Source: Daphnia carinata
Lineage: Eukaryota
Length of the DNA: 64,000 nt
Assembly (NCBI RefSeq): GCF_022539665.2
Contig: NC_081332.1
Location: 310,001 to 374,000, forward strand
Reading direction: 5' to 3'
Under the pieces are notes generated by a model that did not search any database, was not told where the DNA came from, and worked only from the letters and a program-made list of their open reading frames with translations. Made by a program: the position numbers and the translations under genes. Below, one piece after another: positions 62,801 through 64,000 of this stretch. Positions within the stretch are counted from its first letter, which is position 1; every line of letters starts with the position of its first letter.

Positions 62801-64000
62801 CATGCACGAAAGCTGTCGCAAGCTGAAACTGACGACAGTCCAATCGGTCGAACGTGGTACAACGCCCACCATCCAGTCTTCAATCCGAACAAGCCCGGAA
62901 AATGTCGAGTGGTTTTCGATTTACGTGCGAAGAGCCAAGGCGTCTGCCTTACCGATTATTTGTTGAAAGGACCTGACTTCCTAACAAGCCTTATCGGTGT
63001 GCTTCTACGTTTTCGCCAATTCGCCGTACCAGTCGTCGCAGATGTCGAAAAAATGTTCCACCAGGTACGGGTCCGCCCATCAGACGGGCCGGCCTTTCGG
63101 TTCATATGGCGCACGCCTGGTTGTAGAGACCCACCGGACGTGTACCAAATGGACGTCCACTTATTCGGAGCCGCCTCGTCACCTGCCGTCTGTTCTAATG
63201 CATTGCGGCAAGCAGTTCGAGACGGTGAAAACGCTGACGACCTCATGACTCAAGTTACTCGTCATTTCTATGTCGACAATTGGTTGGTGTCCTTCCGCTC
63301 CGTACCTGAAGCTTTGTCCATGTCACATCGTCTAACCAAGGTGTTGAAGGCTGGAGGGTTCCCTTTAACCCAATGGGCGACGTCAAACGCTTCTGTCCGA
63401 TCTGGCCTCCCCGGCATGCAGCAAAAGGAAGTCACCCTGGATATGGATCTCGATGCGTCACCCATTGAACGCACGCTTGGCTTAAAATGGAATTTCGACC
63501 TCGACGCCTTTGTGTTGAAGGCTTCTGTATCATTGGATGGGAAAACGAAACGGTCCCTCTTGAAGGCGGTGTCGAGTATTTTCGACCCACTCGGATTTCT
63601 TTCACCGATCGTGTTCTTGGCAAAACACCTCCTGCAAGATGTTTGGCGGCGAAAACTCGACTGGGACGACGAGCTGGATATCGACCTATTAGATCGCTGG
63701 AAGCGTTGGGCCAGCACCCTGCCATCATTAGACGGACTCGTACTAAAACGATGTGTTTCTCCTGACAGACCAGACGCAGCATCAAACGAGCTCCACATTT
63801 TCGCGGATGCCTCCGAAAAGGGATTCGGAGCCGTCGCCTACGCTCGATTCGTTTACCCTGACGGAAACGCGGACGTTGCCTTCCTCATTTCGAAGTCGAG
63901 GATTGCTCCGCTCAAGTTTCTCACAATTCCTAGGTTGAAGCTATCCGCTGCCGTCTTAGCTGTTCGACTTAGCAGCCTTCTCTTAAACGAGCTTGACATT
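59823..64000 (+). mobile_element. BEL/Pao retrotransposon gag-pol polyprotein (Gag, Zn knuckles, protease, RT, RNase H), frameshifted near 61768, runs off the window
   Basis: Gag VPHFQGDPRSWPMF..ELHKRYGNP; after a 1-nt shift CFRCLDRGH..C..C..HHPLMH, ALLDSGS, HHPVFNPNKPGKCRVVFD, LLKGPD, ADVEKMFHQV, FGAASSP, FYVDN, IFDPLG, LHIFADASEKGFGAVAY. Confidence 0.93.

Noticed and set aside
56095..63938. Many overlapping or antisense ORFs within the retrotransposons
   Set aside because: Shadow frames of the GC-richer gag-pol coding sequence.
1..64000. CRISPR arrays, rRNA, snRNA or prokaryotic operons
   Set aside because: None seen; the window is spliceosomal-intron-containing animal DNA with no regularly spaced short repeats.

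Overview
Eukaryotic, intron-rich, AT-rich arthropod DNA; the compact ~60-80 nt introns and gene content suggest a branchiopod crustacean such as Daphnia (inference only). From left to right: Tom20 (-), poly(A)-specific ribonuclease PARN (-), a CAGTG-ended MITE, a uridine-cytidine kinase (+) with a possible mitochondrial presequence and two duplicated alternative last exons, a discoidin-domain receptor (-) whose kinase looks catalytically dead (SSGQFG / VVVR / SFD in place of GxGxxG / VAVK / DFG), three obstructor/CPAP3 chitin-binding genes, Cip4/FNBP1 (-), a TA-flanked MITE, a tandem tRNA array (Gln-Ser-Lys-Met, 1131-bp period) and a stack of nested LTR retrotransposons that begins 33 bp upstream of a tRNA-Ser gene and runs off the right end. 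Gene models were assembled by hand from GT-AG sites and reading-frame continuity. No database searches were run, so family names rest on recalled motifs.
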